A stretch of 64,000 bases of DNA, from NCBI RefSeq assembly GCF_009914755.1, contig NC_060933.1; one strand, 5' to 3'. Shown piece after piece: positions 45,457-60,897 of the stretch. The notes under the pieces were generated by a model that worked only from the letters and a program-made list of their open reading frames with translations, was not told where the DNA came from and did not search any database. Made by a program: the position numbers and the translations under genes. Positions within the stretch are counted from its first letter, which is position 1. Each line of letters begins with the position of its first letter. The DNA is from the human T2T-CHM13v2.0 reference genome, Homo sapiens.

Positions 45457-46427
45457 TGAGACTAGATTTTTAAATGACTGGTTTAAAAATTATTTACATT
45501 GTTTTATGGATGCTTCCATTTTTTCTTTCTTTAGGATATATAATTCTTACAGAGATAACAATTGTTTTTAATGTGTCTCCAAAAAGAATGTATTCCTCCT
45601 TAAAGAATTCTAATTACATTATGTTTTAAAGATTGAGAAACCTAATGAGAAGTGACGAATGTTAACTTTGCTTTAATAACCAAATTTATAAACACATTCA
45701 TATGCCAGATCTTATATAAACCTGAGAGGTGAGTAACAAGCACCTACTTGAAAATCCCTCCAGGAAGCCCAGCCACTCAGAGGCTCCCCTTAGCGTATTA
45801 GACCTCCAACAGCTCTACTGCTGCTGAGCACTGTCATGCAGGCTTATGTTAATTGCTACCCTTGACATGGGTACTGATGATGACAGTTTTCTAGTCAATG
45901 TTGAATTATATTTCTTCAGGTCATAAAACACACTAGGTTAAAAAAACAAAACAAGGAGATAAGCATTGCCTATTTACAGGAATGCAAATCCCCTCTAGAA
46001 ACTGGAATATTCCCTGACAGAGAATATGCCTAGAGTCCCAGGAATTATATTGTCAAATGACTTTTCTGTGCTTTACAATTAATTCATTTTTAAAATGAAA
46101 CTGGTTCTGCCTTTCCAATCAGAAAATGATCCTTCATGGTGAGTTTGCTTTGGAGGAAACCAATTTTATGATGTAAAATGTACTTGAGTTTAGAATGATA
46201 TCTAGGGATGGAGGCCTTATAATTACGATAATCCCCAGTGAAGGTACTGCTGAGTGAATCTGCATTAAATTACCTTCGTTGCATAAGGATGACAGATCTG
46301 CTTCTGATTTTAAATGTCAACTTCAAATAGTTCAACAGTTTTGAGTCAGAATAGTATTTTGATCAAACTTTCCCTTCTATGGAACATAAATGATAAAATC
46401 TTTTCATTTTAAAAGATTTGAGATGAC

Positions 46428-46700
<273 letters not shown>

Positions 46701-46816
46701 TGAGGTGACACTTTAAATAAAGAGAAGTCATTACTAATTTGACTATGATAGCCCAATGTTAAAATTATCTTTTTTCTTCTACGCTATTACACAGAATTAT
46801 TTTTTGCATTTTTTAC

Positions 46817-46964
46817 CTTTAGCAAAGCGGCAACCGCTTCTTGGGTGGCATTACGAACGTCTTCCCCATTCACCATTAATATCTGGTCTCCCTGCATCAG
46901 TCTTCCATCGGCATCTGCAATTCCTCCTTTGACAATGTCTGACACAAATACTCCAGTATCGTTT
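46817..46964 (-). CDS. MPDZ: MPDZ exon [49 protein letters not shown] (PDZ11)
   Basis: gtgtag|A acceptor, AAG|gtaaaa donor, 148 nt. Confidence 0.97.
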
Positions 46965-49053
46965 CTACACACAATTTTGAATTTCAACATTATCTTTTGC
47001 TCAACTGTAATGCAATGCTTATTTAATAAAAAGTTACGTTTTTACCCAAAATTTTTACTTGTTTTTATGACTTTAAAAGTTTTGTTATTTGGAGCAACAC
47101 TGGGGCAACATTAGAATTATATTTTTTGATAAATAACAGCTTATGTCTTACAGTGCTTCATAGATTAAAATGATCTCCAATAAGCATATTTATTCTTCAT
47201 CATTTATATACACTGAGTAGAAGCGTGTATTACCATTCTCATTTTATGGGTCACTCGGCTACTAAGTGGCAAAAGTAAGACTTAAGAGTCAGTCCTTGGA
47301 TGCAAAATCTGCTGTTCTTTCCAAATCAGAATGGAGCTTTGAATAATATTAACTTGTGGTTACATAAATGTTGCTATCACCATCATTAATATTACTGAAA
47401 ATCATAACAGATGTGTATCTCAAACTAAACACCATTTATTAACTCAAAATCTAAGTACCATTGCTGTGATGTCTTTTATTTGAAATCATTACACATCTTC
47501 CACACGAGATAGGTTTATGCAAAATAAACACAAATCTTATTCCCATCCTTTCTTTCACAAAACTATAAAAAAAAAACCCAAAACTTCTAAAGATACGAAG
47601 ATAACCATAAATAGAAATATATAGTAAAAGCTGAACTGTATCACTTGTTCTTGCCAAGGTCATGACATCAAATCATTTCACCATTTGATCCTCCGTTTTC
47701 CCATCTTTAGAAACAGGGTATTGGATTAGACGGTCTTTGTATGGTCTTCCCAAGGCACAGAGTTTAGGGTTCATTAATGGTGGTTTTTATGATGACCTGG
47801 TGACCCCACATCCTATAGTAGCCATGTTACCCATGTCATATTTCATGAGAACTAGACTACTGATACTGTATTCCAAAAAAAGTCTATTTTTTAGACATAT
47901 TCCCACTGACACTCAAATAATATGCTAAATTCTTTCTGTGTTTAAAAATAATTAGCCTTTAGCTGTCTCTGAGAAACAAAATGGTGTAAATGTCCTTTTA
48001 TTTCCATACAGAAAAGTCGCTGCAGAACCAGGTGTCTATGCTGCTGGTTTGGCAATTCTGAAGAATGCCTATTTCCAAAGAAGGATATTCTGAAATAAAG
48101 ATCACCATTTCACAGATTTCTGACTCACTGGAAAAAATAAGCTGCTTTGAAATGGTGGCTATCTGAGGCCCAAGAAATGACAAAATAAACTTAGAGACAC
48201 TGCAGACTGCAGGGGCACTTTTTACTGAATGCTGACTTCACAAGTTTAGCTATCTGGTAGATTCTGAGATCAGATCCAGATGGGCTTATAATACTAAAAG
48301 GAAGAAAGATTTATGAAACTTGCTGGATTATTTGTTAATATCACTTATAAATGAGTTTGTTAATATTACTTACATGTAAATACTTTTAAAATGTACTCAT
48401 ATACAAATGAATTAGGTTGTGAATTTTTGCGCATTCACTATTCCATTACCACCCGGGCCCCCTGCTTTAGGCCCTGTTGATGGCACGCTCTTATTCGCTC
48501 TGATCCTTCTCCCTACAATATCTTCCACTCTCCTTTAATAAACCAATACTCACTTATCACTTTTAGCCTCAGCTCAGACACCTTTTTTCTTGGAAATTTT
48601 CCCTAATTCACTTTAATTAAATAGGGTCACTTGGTCCCTTTCTCCTTTGCTACCATGGGTCCCCCACAAAGCATCTTTGTCACTCATCAATAGATTCCTT
48701 TGTTGCAAGAATATATTTAATTCGACGTTCACCAGACGATGAGTTTTTGGAGTTCAGGAACCATGTCTTATTTAACTTTGTTTCTGAAAACTTAACGTAT
48801 TTCCTAGCACATAGCAGGTGCTCAAAAATACACCAAATGACTTTTTGTTAAGTGCCTTCAAAACCTTCCAATATTCTGATTTTAAAAGTCCAAAACCAAT
48901 GTCTTTTTATGGTTCCTTAGTGAGGGGGCTAACAACAGCTACCTACTGAACACTAGCCACTGATAAAAGATTCACCTACTGCTATTACTCTTTAAAATGA
49001 TTTAAGTCCCATCATTTCCAAGGGAGCATTGGGTTTGTCCTCCTCAATCACAC

Positions 49054-49247
49054 CTTTTACCAACAATACTTAATCCTAGGCCTTTTCCCGGCTTCTTCTG
49101 CAGCTCAATAGTGAGGGTGTCACACACTTCCTCCTCTTTGTATGGGGCCTCATCTCTGTAGAGTGTCAGGCGCACTCTCTGTGGCGTCTGTCTCAGGACA
49201 TTGATTGCTTCATCATGTGTGGCCTTTCTCAAGTCAATTCCATTCAC
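49054..49247 (-). CDS. MPDZ: MPDZ exon [20 protein letters not shown]...[14 protein letters not shown](R) (end of PDZ10, start of PDZ11)
   Basis: gtacag|GTG acceptor, AAG|gtgtga donor, 194 nt (phase 0-2). Confidence 0.97.
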
Positions 49248-49401
49248 CTGTACAGAAATGGGACACTGACTGTAAGGAACATGAGAAGTAAAGGAGAGTT
49301 AGGTGGGGAAGGGAAGAGAGAGAAAGAAGCAAAGAAAGAAACACTCCCCCCAGGAGCCTTTTCTCTGTTAATTTTGAAGGTCAAAAACAGGCATTCTATA
49401 C

Positions 49402-49485
49402 CTCTAAGATCTGATCTCCAGCCCAGAGTCTTCCATCTTTACATGCTGCTCCTTCTTCATAAACTTCATGGATAATAATGGCACC
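49402..49485 (-). CDS. MPDZ: MPDZ exon GAIIIHEVYEEGAACKDGRLWAGDQILE (PDZ10)
   Basis: ccttag|GGT acceptor, GAG|gtatag donor, 84 nt; absent from the ORF track, read by hand. Confidence 0.96.
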
Positions 49486-49746
49486 CTAAGGGCCCAAACA
49501 AAACATACCCATACTTATCCCATTCTCCTAGGAATGGTGAGCAGAAATGGAGTCCAAACACATTATACTTTGATAGACAGCAATAAGGGTTATAAACTCT
49601 GGCTCTACAGTACAAGCTCCATATAATTCAAGGGAAAGTGTAACAACAATTTTTGCTAAAAGGCTCAAAGGAGCTTATACTTTTTTCCTAATGATAGAGA
49701 AGATTAAAGAAAAAAACTATAAAATAAAACATGCATACATAGATGA

Positions 49747-50130
<384 letters not shown>

Positions 50131-50467
50131 TCAAACTCCTCTTAAAATGGGTTTAACCCAACCTGGATATCAGCAAAAAGGAAATTAAAATGTAGCAAGG
50201 ACTGGTGAACTGATAGAAACACTTTGAAATTTCAAGATCAAAATCACCAGTGTAGCAGAATATTGCTGAGTCAATATTTATTGGCTTACTCAAAGGAAAC
50301 CTCCCCCGTATCCAATTGAATATTTGCCCTATAAATTAAAATAACAAATACAGGTTTTTTCGGCCTTCACATTTCCTTTACTAGAACTGATAGAAATCTC
50401 CCCATAATCGTCTCTGAGGCCTGGCTGAAGGACGGCCTGTACAGAAGCACCTCTGGGTGGTGCTCAC

Positions 50468-50613
50468 CAGCAGCGTGTCTGAACCCCCAACGATGCTCAG
50501 GCCCAGCCCTGTTCGCCCTTTGGAAATCTCGATGGTTGTTTCGCAGCCAGGGATAATGGGGCAGGTTGCAGGATCAGAAGCAAAAATTGCTGGTGTTGAT
50601 GATCTGCTTGTAT
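50468..50613 (-). CDS. MPDZ: MPDZ exon (N)[48 protein letters not shown] (start of PDZ10)
   Basis: ttttag|AT acceptor, CTG|gtgagc donor, 146 nt; GLGLSIVGG motif. Confidence 0.97.
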
Positions 50614-52049
50614 CTAAAAATAAGTTAAAAATGAAATACAAATAAAAATTGGTTACTAAGGCATATCCATCAAACTCATCACACAGATTGACTCTGAGGG
50701 ATGGGGCAGAGAAATGGGCCCATGACTGTGGGAAAAGAGACTTTGTATTTACCTCAATCTTTTAATTATCTTATATTTAAAAATAAAACAAATGTGATTA
50801 AATCACCATTGTTAATTTAGGGTAGTGGGCCAAAAATTACCTATTTAATTATTTTCTATGCTATCCTACATGTTTTAAATTGGTAGAGATATAAAGGAGA
50901 GGATATGAAGAAGAGAGAACAGAATTAAATTGAACCTCAAGTTTCACTTTGATATTCTCCATTTCAATGGAGGCAAACACATTTCTTATGAATTAAAAGA
51001 TTTATAGAACTCATAACTGAGATATGTGGCAAAGACCTAGAAGTACATTCAGGGAATACCACAAAACATATCAATAATTTTGGTTCTGATGCCTGCTTTT
51101 CGGGGCTTTTTACATTTTTGTTTTCTTCTTATCCTAGAGCATCTCTTCTTATGTAATCAATTCTGAGCAAAAATGCACCATTTGCAGTTTTCTCCTTGGG
51201 TCTCACTTGATGTTTTATACATTCAGATGTCAAATCCTGGTGCATATATGTTCAGAAATGAATAGATAAGAATAGATTATGAGAAAAGGGGAATATAATT
51301 TCACACATTATTTTATCAGAGTCTTCATATCATATGTTTTACGATACAACAAAGAGCATACAGCAAATAGCATGTTTTGGGAAAGCTAGGACACTTGGTA
51401 TAGTAGCGTATGCTTTAGACAAGATGTTCTCTTTTTAGGAAATCAGAAACAGACTATTTTCTTGCTCCTTAAATGGTAAGAACAGGTGTAAGATATTTTC
51501 TTTTATGTTAAGTTTTCATCTAGCATTTCATATTTTTATAGACAACACTATTTAGGGATCAACATAAAATTGAAAAATGAGAAAATTTCCATAAAATCTT
51601 TTAACACTTCAGTGAATTATCCAGTCTTTCTAAATAAAGGATTATTTTCGGAGATGTATTACTTTAAGACTTTTTCATCCAACTACATTACAAATGATTT
51701 AAACTAGTGTTTCCTTAAAAAACTGTTAAAAGAACAGTTTGGAGGCCAAAAGAAATTTCTCCCCTCCACCCCCCGTTACAGAAAAAGCCAATGCCTTATT
51801 TTTTTTTGTTTGTTTTGATGCTGCAGAGCTTGAAACTGTTTTATTACACACCAGTGTATTCTTTCTCAAAAAGTAACTCAAAGGAATAATGTACCTCCAT
51901 ATACTAGACTGGAAGTGTAATGACACATTAAAGTGTCACCCTATGGTTCACGTAACCTAAATCCATTTCCATTATGACAGGACCCACTATTACACCTAAA
52001 GCATAGAACTCAGATCTGTAGATCATGGCAATGACTAAAGAGTTTCTTA

Positions 52050-52380
52050 CAGTGGCAGGCAGTACTGATCCCACCTATGAAACAGGATAATTGCATATCC
52101 ATTCTACAGAAAAGAAAGCTGAGGCTTAGAGAAGTTAAATTACTTTCCCAGCTTAAAAAAAGAATCTACGAAATGATATTTCTAATTCATTAGTTAGAGG
52201 CCTGGAATCAAGGTGCCCTTAGCAATATATTTTTGGAGAGCAAAGAATACTATTCCCTTGTTTTAGAGATGAAGAAGCTGAGGCTTTGAGTGGGTAGGTT
52301 TCCTAAGATGCCACAGCTGCTTAATGTACAGCACATAGATTGCCTGCCTAACAGTCCAGTACTCTTTTTCCAGAAGTCCT
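52050..52380 (-). mobile_element. Two MIR fragments
   Basis: ccattctacaga..agaaagctgaggcttagagaagttaaat and ttttagagatgaagaagctgaggct. Confidence 0.65.
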
Positions 52381-52530
52381 CTCTTTATATCCTGCCCTCA
52401 CCATAGGGCTCCCTGACTACAACCTTCCAAACAGTGAGCCACAGGCAGGCAGCTGGCTCCCAAGCAGAAACCCTCTGCTGAGTTCAGGTGTTCCATATGT
52501 GCAGGACTCTCATGAGCCCAGAGGCCTTAC

Positions 52531-52705
52531 TTCGGATGGACTCCGGTTCTGGGGAGCCAGACTGTGGGACCATCAGAGACTGGGAGCTGTTCTTTTTTTC
52601 TCCACTGGCTGCACCAGCTGCTGAAGGAACAGCCTGGGAATCTGGATTCTCAGCATGGATGGTAAGTTTTACTGTCATCTTTGCTGTCTTCAGAAGGCTA
52701 ATAAA
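52531..52705 (-). CDS. MPDZ: MPDZ exon FISLLKTAKMTVKLTIHAENPDSQ...SPEPESIR (end of PDZ9 plus linker)
   Basis: tgccag|TTT acceptor, GAA|gtaagg donor, 175 nt (phase 0-1); overlaps ORF 52484-52678. Confidence 0.96.
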
Positions 52706-53830
52706 CTGGCAGGGTGTATGTGTGGAAGAGAAACAAAATTCAAAGCTGAATTAGTAGACATACCAATGAGTCACCATTATCAATGGAATCTAATTCTCTC
52801 TATGGTTAAGGGGAGGGACAGATGCAAATTATTTCTTTGTCAGGACTTGGGTAAAGAAAGAAATGGCTCTAGTTTCTCTCTAGCTTTTCCAAATGCTTGA
52901 TGTAGATTAGGGCCATGGTTAATTTCTACTCTAAGTCTAGCTCTGACCACATTTTTTTCTTATATAAGACTTTCAACTTTTTACATCTCTAATCTCATCC
53001 GTTTTTCTGAATGCCTACAACCTTAGAAGATATATGGGTTATTTTACCTACTTCCTGATTCTATAGAAGCAACTTACACAAACAGTTTTAATAAAATAGA
53101 AACACATATGTTAGAAGCAGAATAAGAAAAGTATACAACAAAAAAGTCAAGGTAAACGAAAAGTTAAAACACAGATTTATGGGTTAAAGGATCTGGCCTA
53201 AATACTTACTAAAAACTGAATTTTTAAAAAGTAACTTTAAGCTTCTTACTGTACAATGAAGAAATGATAAGTTATATGGTTCTCTCTCACTATAAGAAAG
53301 AAAAAGCATACCATATTTCAAGGAAACAAAGCTTTTTTCTGGCACTAATAAATAAAAGGCCTCAAATGAGACACCAAATAAGTATTAAGATCTCTTTTGA
53401 GGAGAGGGAACTCAAGTACAAGATATGTTTAACCCTAATAAAAATTACGTATTTAATGGTTGAGTCTTACAATCTGTTTATAAAGTAGTATACACAATGG
53501 ATATTTATAACAGCAAACATTCATTAAAAAATATTTTGGCACTAACAGTCACTGTTAAGGAGTTTAAAGTTTTCCTAAGGAAAAAATGGAAATATTTATC
53601 AAAACTGCCCAGTGAATATTGAATAATTTGTGTGGCAACGAAAAATACCTTAACACCAACTGGAAAATAAGAAATAGAAATTGAAGAACTTCTGAACAAT
53701 CTCTTCTTTTCCTTAAGAACATGTCTAATACAGCTACATAACCCTAATTCTCTATGATCGCAGACACAAACACTTTAATCATGCCGAAGGATGGGCCTAC
53801 ATTACCATTTACTTTATTTTGGAAAATTAC

Positions 53831-53905
53831 CTTTTCAATAGGGTAACCAACAACAATTTCATCATCTACAGCCAGTATCTGATCTCCGACTTTGAGTCGT
53901 CCATC
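53831..53905 (-). CDS. MPDZ: MPDZ exon DGRLKVGDQILAVDDEIVVGYPIEK (PDZ9)
   Basis: atttag|GAT acceptor, AAG|gtaatt donor, 75 nt; PDZ DGRLxxGDxI motif. Confidence 0.96.
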
Positions 53906-53994
53906 CTAAATGGAAACGTAGAAGAATTTGAGTGATATTCCAAAAGTAATTCCCTCCCCAACTACTTAATGACAGCAAGAAAGGTAAACCTCAC

Positions 53995-54087
53995 CGTGGC
54001 TGCTACCCCATGCTCTGTTAAGCTCTTTATGATGACTCCACTGAGTGTATCTTCTTCGCTGATAGCAATACCCAAACCCCCCTGATC
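53995..54087 (-). CDS. MPDZ: MPDZ exon DQGGLGIAISEEDTLSGVIIKSLTEHGVAAT (PDZ9)
   Basis: ttctag|GAT acceptor, ACG|gtgagg donor, 93 nt; GLGI carboxylate-binding loop. Confidence 0.96.
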
Positions 54088-55451
54088 CTAGAAAAGTAAA
54101 AACAAAAATGCTCAGAAGACTTGAAACAGATTAATTTTATCCAAATGGATACCAAGGGTAAGAAAAACAACTAAAACTCTTCTGAAGTCCAGAAATCTAA
54201 GACCTTAGACTTTAAATCTAAGATCTTAGAAATCTTGTCTTTTCTTAAACAAACTTTCAAATTTTCCTAATGGGAATAAATTTTCCTCCATCAAACATTC
54301 AAGTGTTTTCACTCTTCCCATATGTCTGACATCTTTAGTAACTTTAGCAAAATATCTAGACAGCAAAAATACATTCAATAATTCAACCAAAACATTCAGC
54401 ATTTACAAATTTTGTCTAATGACTGAATAAGTCATTCAAAACCAACCAAAGAATCCCGCTTCTTCTCTGGCCTGTCGCTTGGAAATAACAACAGGGTCTA
54501 GCCCCTTCATTCTTTTCTGCCCCTCTTCTTCCTTTAGCAGGCAGTCTGCCATTACTGATGCAGACTCTGTCCTTTTGCGGGGTGAACACTCAGACTTGTT
54601 TCTCCAGACAACAGCATTTCAATCTGCTGCAGACTGAAAATGCCTCTCAGTCCCAAGACAAGCTCTGAGAACCTGCCAAGGCTGGGGAGCTACACCTACT
54701 TCGCTACATTTTCCACATTTCCCTTTATCAAAACCAAATGTTCAGAAATATTGGCTTTTAGCTTTCTTTAATGTTTACTTTAATAAAATTAAAACAGAGT
54801 TTTTAACATTTTCATTGCCAGAGCTAGCCACCTTCTAATTTTTTCTCCAGAGAAAAGTTACAAAAAGCAAAGAAAAGAAAAGAGAATCTTGACATGGTTT
54901 CTCTGAAATATACACACAAGTTAAATGTGCCATCAGAGATGTTTATGGTCATGGCTGTGACATCAAGGTAGGTTTCAACATCATTTTAAAGATTATCAAC
55001 ATGTGGCTCTTCTGAGGTAGATTATTAATGCCTGATGAGTTTGAAACTGTCACTGACCATCTCTCTACCACCTCTCTCTTTCCAGGCAATCAGTCATGTC
55101 TATCTGCCAGAGTAAGCTGCACCTTTAGAGTGAGCAGAACTGACTTTACCTTCTACCTAACTATAGAAATTTGGATATGCCACTTAACATCTCTAATTCT
55201 CAATTTTCTTACCTACGAAATCTAGATTTTCTTATCTACAAAATGGAATAATAATACTTGTCACATAACAGTCATGAAAATACTTTATTGGTACAGTGGG
55301 TATTTGCTGATTGTTTACCTAATACTGCTTCCCATCTTACCCCTCTATAAAAATTGATTTTTATTAGAATATCTAGCCTTCCCACCCACTCCTCTCTCTC
55401 CTCCACCTCCATATTCTCTCTTCCCCCTTCTTCCCTCACTATGTTTCAGGC

Positions 55452-55935
55452 TGTAGATTAAAAATATGAGCAGAAATTCTTTGATACTTCTTCCTTCAGG
55501 AAGGAACCTAAAAGCATGGGCTAGACTTAGTGACTTGATTCTAACAAAGAGAATACAGCAGAAGTAATGGTGTATAATTTCACAGCTAGGTCAAAAAAGG
55601 CAAAGGCACTTCCTCCTTGCTGTCTCTCTTGGATAACTTGCTCTGCAAGATGCCAGCTGCCATTGTCCTAAGAAAATTCAAGCAGCCCCATTTAGAAGAA
55701 ATAAGGCCTGTTGCCAACAGCCATTTGGGTAAATCATCTTGGAAGCAATGTCCAGCCCAGTCAAATCTTGAGATGACTGTAGCTGTAGCTGGCAATGTGT
55801 CGGCAATTGCACAAGAGATTCTCAGCAGAACCCCCAGCTAAAATGCTCTGAAATTCCTAACCCATAGAAACTGTGAGACCATAAATGCCTGCTGTTTAAG
55901 TTGTGAAGTTTGGTGGTAATTTGTTACATAGCAAA
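55452..55935 (+). mobile_element. MaLR LTR (older MLT1 type), probably nested in another MLT1 LTR spanning ~55290-56385
   Basis: catgggctagacttagtgacttg; ccatagaaactgtgaga..ataaatg..tgtttaag..tttggtggtaatttgttacatagcaa. Confidence 0.7.
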
Positions 55936-56449
55936 AGTTAAGGAGCTCCAAGAATGGGGTTTGAACAACTGAAGTCAATTCTACAATTACAGTCCCATGG
56001 TCACAGTCCCTGGCTCAAAAGTAGACACATGATCTGAATTGATTCAATTAGGATGAATCTTGGAACTTTTGCTCAGAAGGCTTGAACAGCCATCCTCTCC
56101 CTTCTCCCAAGATACATGTAAAAGAAGTAGCACATGGCCAAACTATGGTTGGCAGCCATTCTAAAACCATGAGAAAGACAAGCCTTGGGATAAAGCTGAC
56201 ACTGGATGGCACAGTGTCACACAGACAGGGAAAAAAACGGGCTCTCGATGACACTGTTCAGTCACAGGACCAACTACCCTTGAAGGTTGCTGACCTGAGT
56301 CCATAAATCTTCTTCCTTGATGAAACCTGATGGAATTAGTTCATTTTTTTCTGTTATTTGCAATAAGAGGAGTCCTAAAAGAAACAATAAGCTACAAATC
56401 TGCATGTATAATATGCCCAAACTCAACTAGAATACTACAAAAACAACTA

Positions 56450-57007
<558 letters not shown>

Positions 57008-57062
57008 TTAAGGAAATATATTTTTGTGGGTTTTTTTCTGTTTTAAAATATTATTTTAAACC

Positions 57063-57166
57063 TTTTTTAGAGATGGGGTCTTGCTATGTTTCCCAGGCTG
57101 GTCTTGAATTCCCACCTCAGCCTCCCAAATAGCTGGGACTACAGGCATGTGCCACTGTACCTGGCT
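57063..57166 (-). mobile_element. Alu monomer fragment (FLAM-like)
   Basis: agagatggggtcttgctatgtt...gggactacaggcatg. Confidence 0.8.
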
Positions 57167-58799
57167 CCAAGGAAATATATTTTTGAACAACGAGTTGTAT
57201 AATTAAACAGCTAGAAAAGAGTAAACAAGAATTAAAAGTGGAATTCAGCTAAACAAATTAATATTATTTGGAGAATTATTTTGAAGGTAGAAACTTCTCT
57301 AAAATTCAAAAGAAGAAAAACTCTTCATCATATTTCAAGGCTTTCACCACATAAACTTGTATGGATATGAAACACAGCTTTGACAATCACAGAAGGCTAC
57401 TACCTGCTTTGATGTATGGGTCCTTTCCTAGGGCAAACTGTGTCAAAAATAAATCTTTAATCAAAAATGTTTTCTGATCAATTGAATTTGCATTTCAGTC
57501 AGCTACTGTGGGTTTAGATTCTATGTATGAGAGCTTTCTGCTTATATTCTATTTTCCCATTTTTAAAAAATATAAAAGATTAAAAAAAGATAATTCACTT
57601 CTCAGGAGTTTCTAAGGAGTCAAAACAGAACTAGAAATGAGCTGTTATTAGAGCTCCCACTTTTAGACAATGCAAAAATCATTCTCTTCCTGACTCTCCT
57701 GATCTCAACATTTTTCCCCTTATGCATGTACGGCACATAACCGTTCATTCACTCTTCCTTCGCAGATACTTACACAGTCTGAACTATGTTGATGACACTG
57801 AGTAATGGAAAAAAAAGTGAGAATTTCTTCTCTCAGCATGTGTATGTTTTAGATGTACAGAAAAGATACCCACATCAAAGTTCATCACAGGAGACAAGCT
57901 CTAGGGTCAAACATGGTTAAGTGACAAATAAAATGAAGACATTAATAGTAAGCACTATATAAGCCAGAATATTGAAGTAATATTTCAAAATAAACAGAGG
58001 TGAGATTTAAGTTGGATCTTTAGTGTATGTAGGATTTATATAAGTTAAAAGAAATCAGAAAGACCAAGTGATATAAACCAAGGCAAAGAGGGATAAATTC
58101 TCAAAACCTTCTCCATGAGCTCTTGATTCAAATCAGTTTGACTGAAGTACAGGATTCCTAGAAGGAACATACAGGCATTTCAGAAAGGCAGATGGGGCCC
58201 AGTAGCAAGTTGAAACAGGTAATGGATGGGAAATGGGACTTGGAGGCAGAAGACCAGAGTTCAATTCCAGCTCTACTATTTGGAGTTATGGGAACAGTTC
58301 AAAGTGGAGAAAATAATAGCAAGCTCACAGGGTTGCTAAGAAGTAAATAACATAATGAACAAATGTTACATTACCATTAAATTACTTTGTCAAATAACTA
58401 TAATTTAAAAATATATAGGATAGTAAAAATGACAAAAGATTTCAGCTGATTCATGAGTGTTAAAAGCTGTTTCTTTCTCCCTTCTTTGCTTAATTTTTAC
58501 TCCCAGAGCCATGTAATAATGGGGTTAGGAGTGCCAGGCTTAGTGTAATATGTCACTCAACATCATTTGTAACAATGGCTTCCTCAAGAGATGTGTTCAA
58601 GGATATATTCTATGGGGAACTCACAAATTCATGGTTAGAAGTATTAACAAAAATAATAATAATAACTCACACTGTGGTAAGCACTTTGTATAAATTCTTT
58701 CATTTAATCCTTCCAATAGTATCTCTAATATAAAGGGATTTTCCTCATCTCAGGAGGAAAGTGAGACCCAGACAAGTTAAACGGTGTAGAAAAACAGCC

Positions 58800-59194
58800 T
58801 GTTGTATGGCAGGAGTGACACCACCTTGAAGCGAAACCGCCATGGTGACCAATGTTTGACTCCTGCATACCAAGGTGTTCTGTAGCGAGCCCTGTAGCAT
58901 AAATAATCCTTCATAAAGATGTTTACCTAACCTCTCCACTGATAACAAGTTTCAGCAAGAAATTCTGAGACGTGACCAGCTACATGTCTTTATCCCTGCT
59001 ATGTAAAGAATACTTTCTAGAGGGTGGATGCTGGGATCCACTGTCTTGTGGCCACCAGCAGCATGGCTTCTGTACGTTAAGTCCCTATTAAGTATTTCTT
59101 TCTGATAAACTGGATTTGTCAGCCTCTTTCTTCAGGACCCCAGCTCCCTCAGTCTTTGGAGGTTGCTTTGCATATACCTGCTCACCATGGAACA
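58800..59194 (+). mobile_element. ERV solo LTR (LTR47-like)
   Basis: TGTT...AACA termini; 3' segment aaactggatttgtcagcctctttc; subfamily name uncertain. Confidence 0.55.
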
Positions 59195-60897
59195 AATGGC
59201 TTGCCTATTGCCCAGAGAAGTTAAGTGACTCCAAAGCCCACACTTAAAATCATTAAAATCATGGTTAATTGCCTCTTCTGTCTAGCTACTTTTAAAAGAT
59301 TCTTGTATGTTCCCCTTACTTACTTTGGCTTTCATCAATAAATACATTCTAGCTACCTGAGCTTTAGATTTGTTTGAAATCTACATATAAATGGAAGCTT
59401 TCAGCGGGCAATACATTGAGGTTCTCCAAGGTCTTGCATTCCTCAATAGCATCTAATTTAGAAAGGGAAGTACACATAATAGACATCTGCTGAATAAATA
59501 AAAAAGGAGGCGAAAGGCAGAAACCAGCTTTTATATTGCAGAATGAAGGAACCTTGCTCATTAGCTCATCCAATCCCAACAATAACCCTTAATATAGGCA
59601 GCACCATTTACAGAAGACGAAAGTGAGGACCAATGGGATTAAGTGATTTATAGGCAATCACTCAGGATGTGAGAAGGGCTTCTGACAGCACAGGCTTCTG
59701 TCCACCCTCATTGCTAAATGCCCAGCCAAAGAACTTGAATGTATCTGTTTGGAAATGAACGTCCTTGGGAGGTTCTGAGTAGGGGATTAAGATGCTATGA
59801 ACATCTATCAAGCACCTTAATCAGGTAGCCTAATGTGGAAATAGATGTGGAAACAGAAAACATCAGAGAAAATCAGTGACAGGTAGCCATCAGGCAACTC
59901 TATACCAGCTTATTCATTCCTAATTATTAAAACAATAATAATAGCAAGCACTATTTGTATATGTGTGCCAGGTGCTGGAAACTGAACATATGTATATTTA
60001 ATTTTCACAATATATACTTAATTCTCACTACAAGTCTATGAGGTAAGTTGGACAATTATTAAGTCCATTTTCAAAAGGTGAAACTATGTACACGTTAAGA
60101 AACATGCTCAAAGTCACAGTCTCATAGATAGTGAGTGGCAAATCTAGGTCTCTGACACATGTGGTCTGGCTTTAAGTCTGCTCCCAATCACTACAGTATG
60201 TTGCCCTTTATCCATCTAACATGTTCATTCCACAGACATTTCCTGGGCAGTCATTATATCCTAGAATATACTAAGCCTTAGATGATACATTAAAATCAAT
60301 ACCATGAAAGGATATTTAAAAATTATCTAATTTTGGACTTTTCTAAAGATCACCATAAACAGATTTTTTAAAAAAATCATTCATTATAAAGTATTCAACA
60401 TACATTTAAATGTTTCATAATTAACAAATTATAGGGAAATGACTGCATCATTAAATATTATAAACTCTTACTTCAGGATTTAGGAGGAAAAGAAACTAAG
60501 AGCAGAAATCAGAAAGGGAAAGAGGAAGATGTCATCTCTCTTAAATGGCAATAGAATGAGGGATTCTCAAACTGAAGTGTATGGACTTCTTGATAGAAAG
60601 GTAAAAAGACTTTAATAACTTCTTTTCTTTTTAACCACAACAATAATAGTCCATGATAAAGACTTCTCTTATATGTATAGTAAGATTGCCTTTTTAAGGC
60701 AATCATCGGAGCCGAAAGTTCACTTCTAAATATATGAGCTTTCTTATTTTTAAAGGACAAGACTATAACTTCTGTTTCTTTATTTTTATTTCCTCCGTAG
60801 CAGGACCTTAGTGAAGGAATCAATGGACAGATAACTAAATTTCATAACTTGGAATAATTATAAAAGGGCAAGCTGGACCCCTGATAAAGTATCAGCA

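Noticed and set aside
54192-54232. Short duplication aaatctaaga(c/t)cttaga containing a 14-bp palindrome
   Set aside because: Small local duplication, common in AT-rich introns; no functional argument
54505-54545. Strong + strand acceptor-like tract (cttcttcctttagcag), possible antisense exon
   Set aside because: No matching donor, promoter or partner exon identifiable from sequence alone
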